A stretch of 32,000 bases of DNA, from assembly GCF_000172995.2 (NCBI RefSeq), contig NC_014736.1, forward strand, positions 60,001 through 92,000, written 5' to 3'. This DNA is from Halogeometricum borinquense DSM 11551. GTDB taxonomy: Archaea; Halobacteriota; Halobacteria; Halobacteriales; Haloferacaceae. The notes under the pieces were generated by a model. That model was not told where the DNA came from and ran no database searches. It worked only from the letters and a program-made list of their open reading frames with translations. The translations under genes were made by a program, and so were the position numbers. Positions within the stretch are counted from its first letter, which is position 1. Each line of letters starts with the position of its first letter. Below, piece by piece: positions 30,639 through 32,000 of the stretch.

Positions 30639-31637
30639 TTATAGATCCGGCCGTGGTGCGAGTCCGGTCCAGTCGATAATCGCGTGCTCGCTGTGGTAGT
30701 TCTGGAGTTGGTCGGCGCGTTCGTAGCGGCCAGTGAACGAAGTGATGCCGTGGCCCGTCACTTGCGCGTCGCTCGGTGGTCGAACCCCCATGCCGACGTA
30801 GCAATCTCGGAGTTGGCAGCGGAAGTGATCGACCAGGGTTCGCTGGAACGCTGCCACGGAGATAATCGGCGTATGGTCTGGTGTAAGTTGGATGCGGGCA
30901 GCGAGCGTGGCATCCTCGTCCGGTTCCGTCCCGTCACCGTATTCGATGCGTGTCGGTCCGTCTGTATTCCAGTGGACACGGAGCGGAGAGATAACGCGGA
31001 GGAACTGCTCGCTGGACGCATCTTCAGTAAAGGTGGACTCAGATGTCGAGAGCACGCGGTTCAGACGGGAGAACAGGTCCGAATCTTTCCGGTCAGGACG
31101 GACATCAAGTGCCTGTCGGATTTCTCCGAGGCTGTTCAGTTCGGCGAGGACTTCGGCGAGTCGCCGGATCTCCTCGGTATCCAAGGTGAGGTGAATGTCC
31201 TGTTCGATGAGTTCCCAATCTGCGTCTGGCGCTACCTGTGGAGGTTCCACTGGCGGGGTATCGTTCGTCCGGAGAGCGGCGAGTTGGTCGTAACAGGTCG
31301 TGAGATGCGATTCGAGTGTGTCCTGAGCCATCGCGCCGATCAACAGTGTCGTGACGGCGAGTCGGTCGGGATCAGCGATCTGATCGGATTGACTGTACGG
31401 TGAGAGGGCGTTAGATCCGGTTGTGCGGGTGAGATAGTACTTCGCAAAACGTTCGACGCGAGCCAAGCGCTCTTTGACCCCTAGTGATCGGTCATCGCTG
31501 TCGGGAAAATGTTGGTCACACCAGTGGTCTGTGACCTCCCCTTCCTTAGAGAGGGTGAGGTGGTGTTGTACATCATCATGGTCGGTGATTCGAAGCTCGA
31601 CTGTACGGTCCGTTTCGGAGTGTTCGGTGACGTTCAT
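30639..31637 (-). CDS. Effector-partner family paralog 4 (divergent, stand-alone, opposite strand)
   Basis: 332 aa. It shares the family skeleton: VELRITDHDDVQHHLTLSKEGEVTDHWCDQHFPD...ERLARVERFAKYYL at the N-terminus and FQRTLVDHFRCQLRDCYVGMGVRPPSDAQVTGHG near the C-terminus. Compare FQxxhVxHxRCQhRDxYhxxGxxPPxxYRxxGxG in partners 2 and 3. The overlapping + strand ORF 30684..31403 is a shadow. Confidence 0.8.
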   Translation of the reverse strand: MNVTEHSETDRTVELRITDHDDVQHHLTLSKEGEVTDHWCDQHFPDSDDRSLGVKERLARVERFAKYYLTRTTGSNALSPYSQSDQIADPDRLAVTTLLIGAMAQDTLESHLTTCYDQLAALRTNDTPPVEPPQVAPDADWELIEQDIHLTLDTEEIRRLAEVLAELNSLGEIRQALDVRPDRKDSDLFSRLNRVLSTSESTFTEDASSEQFLRVISPLRVHWNTDGPTRIEYGDGTEPDEDATLAARIQLTPDHTPIISVAAFQRTLVDHFRCQLRDCYVGMGVRPPSDAQVTGHGITSFTGRYERADQLQNYHSEHAIIDWTGLAPRPDL

Positions 31638-31812
31638 ACTGAATTAGTATCGGATTTCGTCGGTGGGAGCGTTGAACGAGGACATTGGAGCGGTCTATAT
31701 TCCTGTTATTTCAGTAATCGGAAGGTAGGGATTAAATTGTGTGGTCTCGTCCGGATAGAAATTGGTGGTGCGTTGGAGGAAAGTTCGGTTTGTAATGTTT
31801 TCTAACCGAACA

Positions 31813-31820
31813 TTTTATAA
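31813..31820 (+). promoter_or_regulatory. TATA-box-like element upstream of the partial gene at the window end
   Basis: ttttataa, preceded by ccgaaca (BRE-like), sits in an AT-rich divergent intergenic region about 40 nt upstream of the ATG at 31860. Confidence 0.3.
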
Positions 31821-31859
31821 GAGAACAATGTTATCCTCAGTGTACTAACCTTACTTCGT

Positions 31860-32000
31860 ATGCCACGTGACGATACCTACTCGGATTCGGATACGCCTGC
31901 TCTGTCGCAGTTCCAGAAGAACCGATTCTTCAAGGGCAAGTTGATGACGCCCCGCGACATGGAAGCAGAACAGGCGTACCACGCCGAACGCTTGCATACG
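31860..32000 (+). CDS. Partial CDS (N-terminus only, runs off the window end), function unknown
   Basis: The ATG at 31860 opens 47 codons to the window edge: MPRDDTYSDSDTPALSQFQKNRFFKGKLMTPRDMEAEQAYHAERLHT. It has acidic haloarchaeal composition and a good upstream promoter-like element. It is absent from the ORF track because it has no stop. Confidence 0.5.
   Translation, partial: MPRDDTYSDSDTPALSQFQKNRFFKGKLMTPRDMEAEQAYHAERLHT

Noticed and set aside
30684-31403. 239-aa plus-strand ORF opposite partner paralog 4
   Set aside because: The minus-strand frame carries the conserved family motifs shared with three other genes. The plus-strand translation is R/G/V-rich shadow sequence.

Overview
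The sequence is GC-rich, the predicted proteins are acidic, one gene has a Tat/lipobox signal, and TATA boxes sit about 30 nt upstream of start codons. Together these suggest a haloarchaeal replicon (inference). The left ~3.4 kb looks ordinary: a partial Tat lipoprotein, a TauE/SafE permease, a CBS-pair protein with a HEPN-like tail, and a polytopic membrane protein. After a ~1 kb AT-rich gap the window becomes an accessory island. It opens with a 6-TM membrane protein and a 2203-codon R/S/T/Q-rich low-complexity ORF in the tape-measure position. A tightly packed spike and baseplate operon of a phage-tail-like contractile injection system (CIS/eCIS, PLTS type) follows. The operon encodes a LysM tube initiator, a gpD-like hub, a gp5/gpV-like spike, PAAR, gp25/gpW, two Baseplate_J-like proteins and a beta-propeller::gpI-like protein. 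The window contains no sheath, tube, cap, AAA ATPase, capsid, terminase, integrase, transposase, tRNA, rRNA or CRISPR array. The most interesting element lies downstream, behind its own TATA box. It is a full-length DUF4157 (HExxH) effector gene followed by two 5'-truncated effector cassettes and a frameshifted fourth stub. All four share a near-identical nucleotide homology stub, and in the three cassettes with an intact ORF it ends at a HIQR[MI] junction. Each of those three cassettes carries a divergent coiled-coil plus C-terminal hydrophobic (tail-anchor-like) module. Each is also translationally coupled to a member of an uncharacterised acidic ~300-aa protein family, which may be immunity proteins or chaperones. 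A fourth paralog of that family sits on the opposite strand upstream of an ArsA/Get3-type ATPase. This layout matches the orphan-module logic of CdiA/Rhs/MafB polymorphic toxins, here attached to an archaeal CIS. All domain calls come from motif recognition by eye, and no searches were run.
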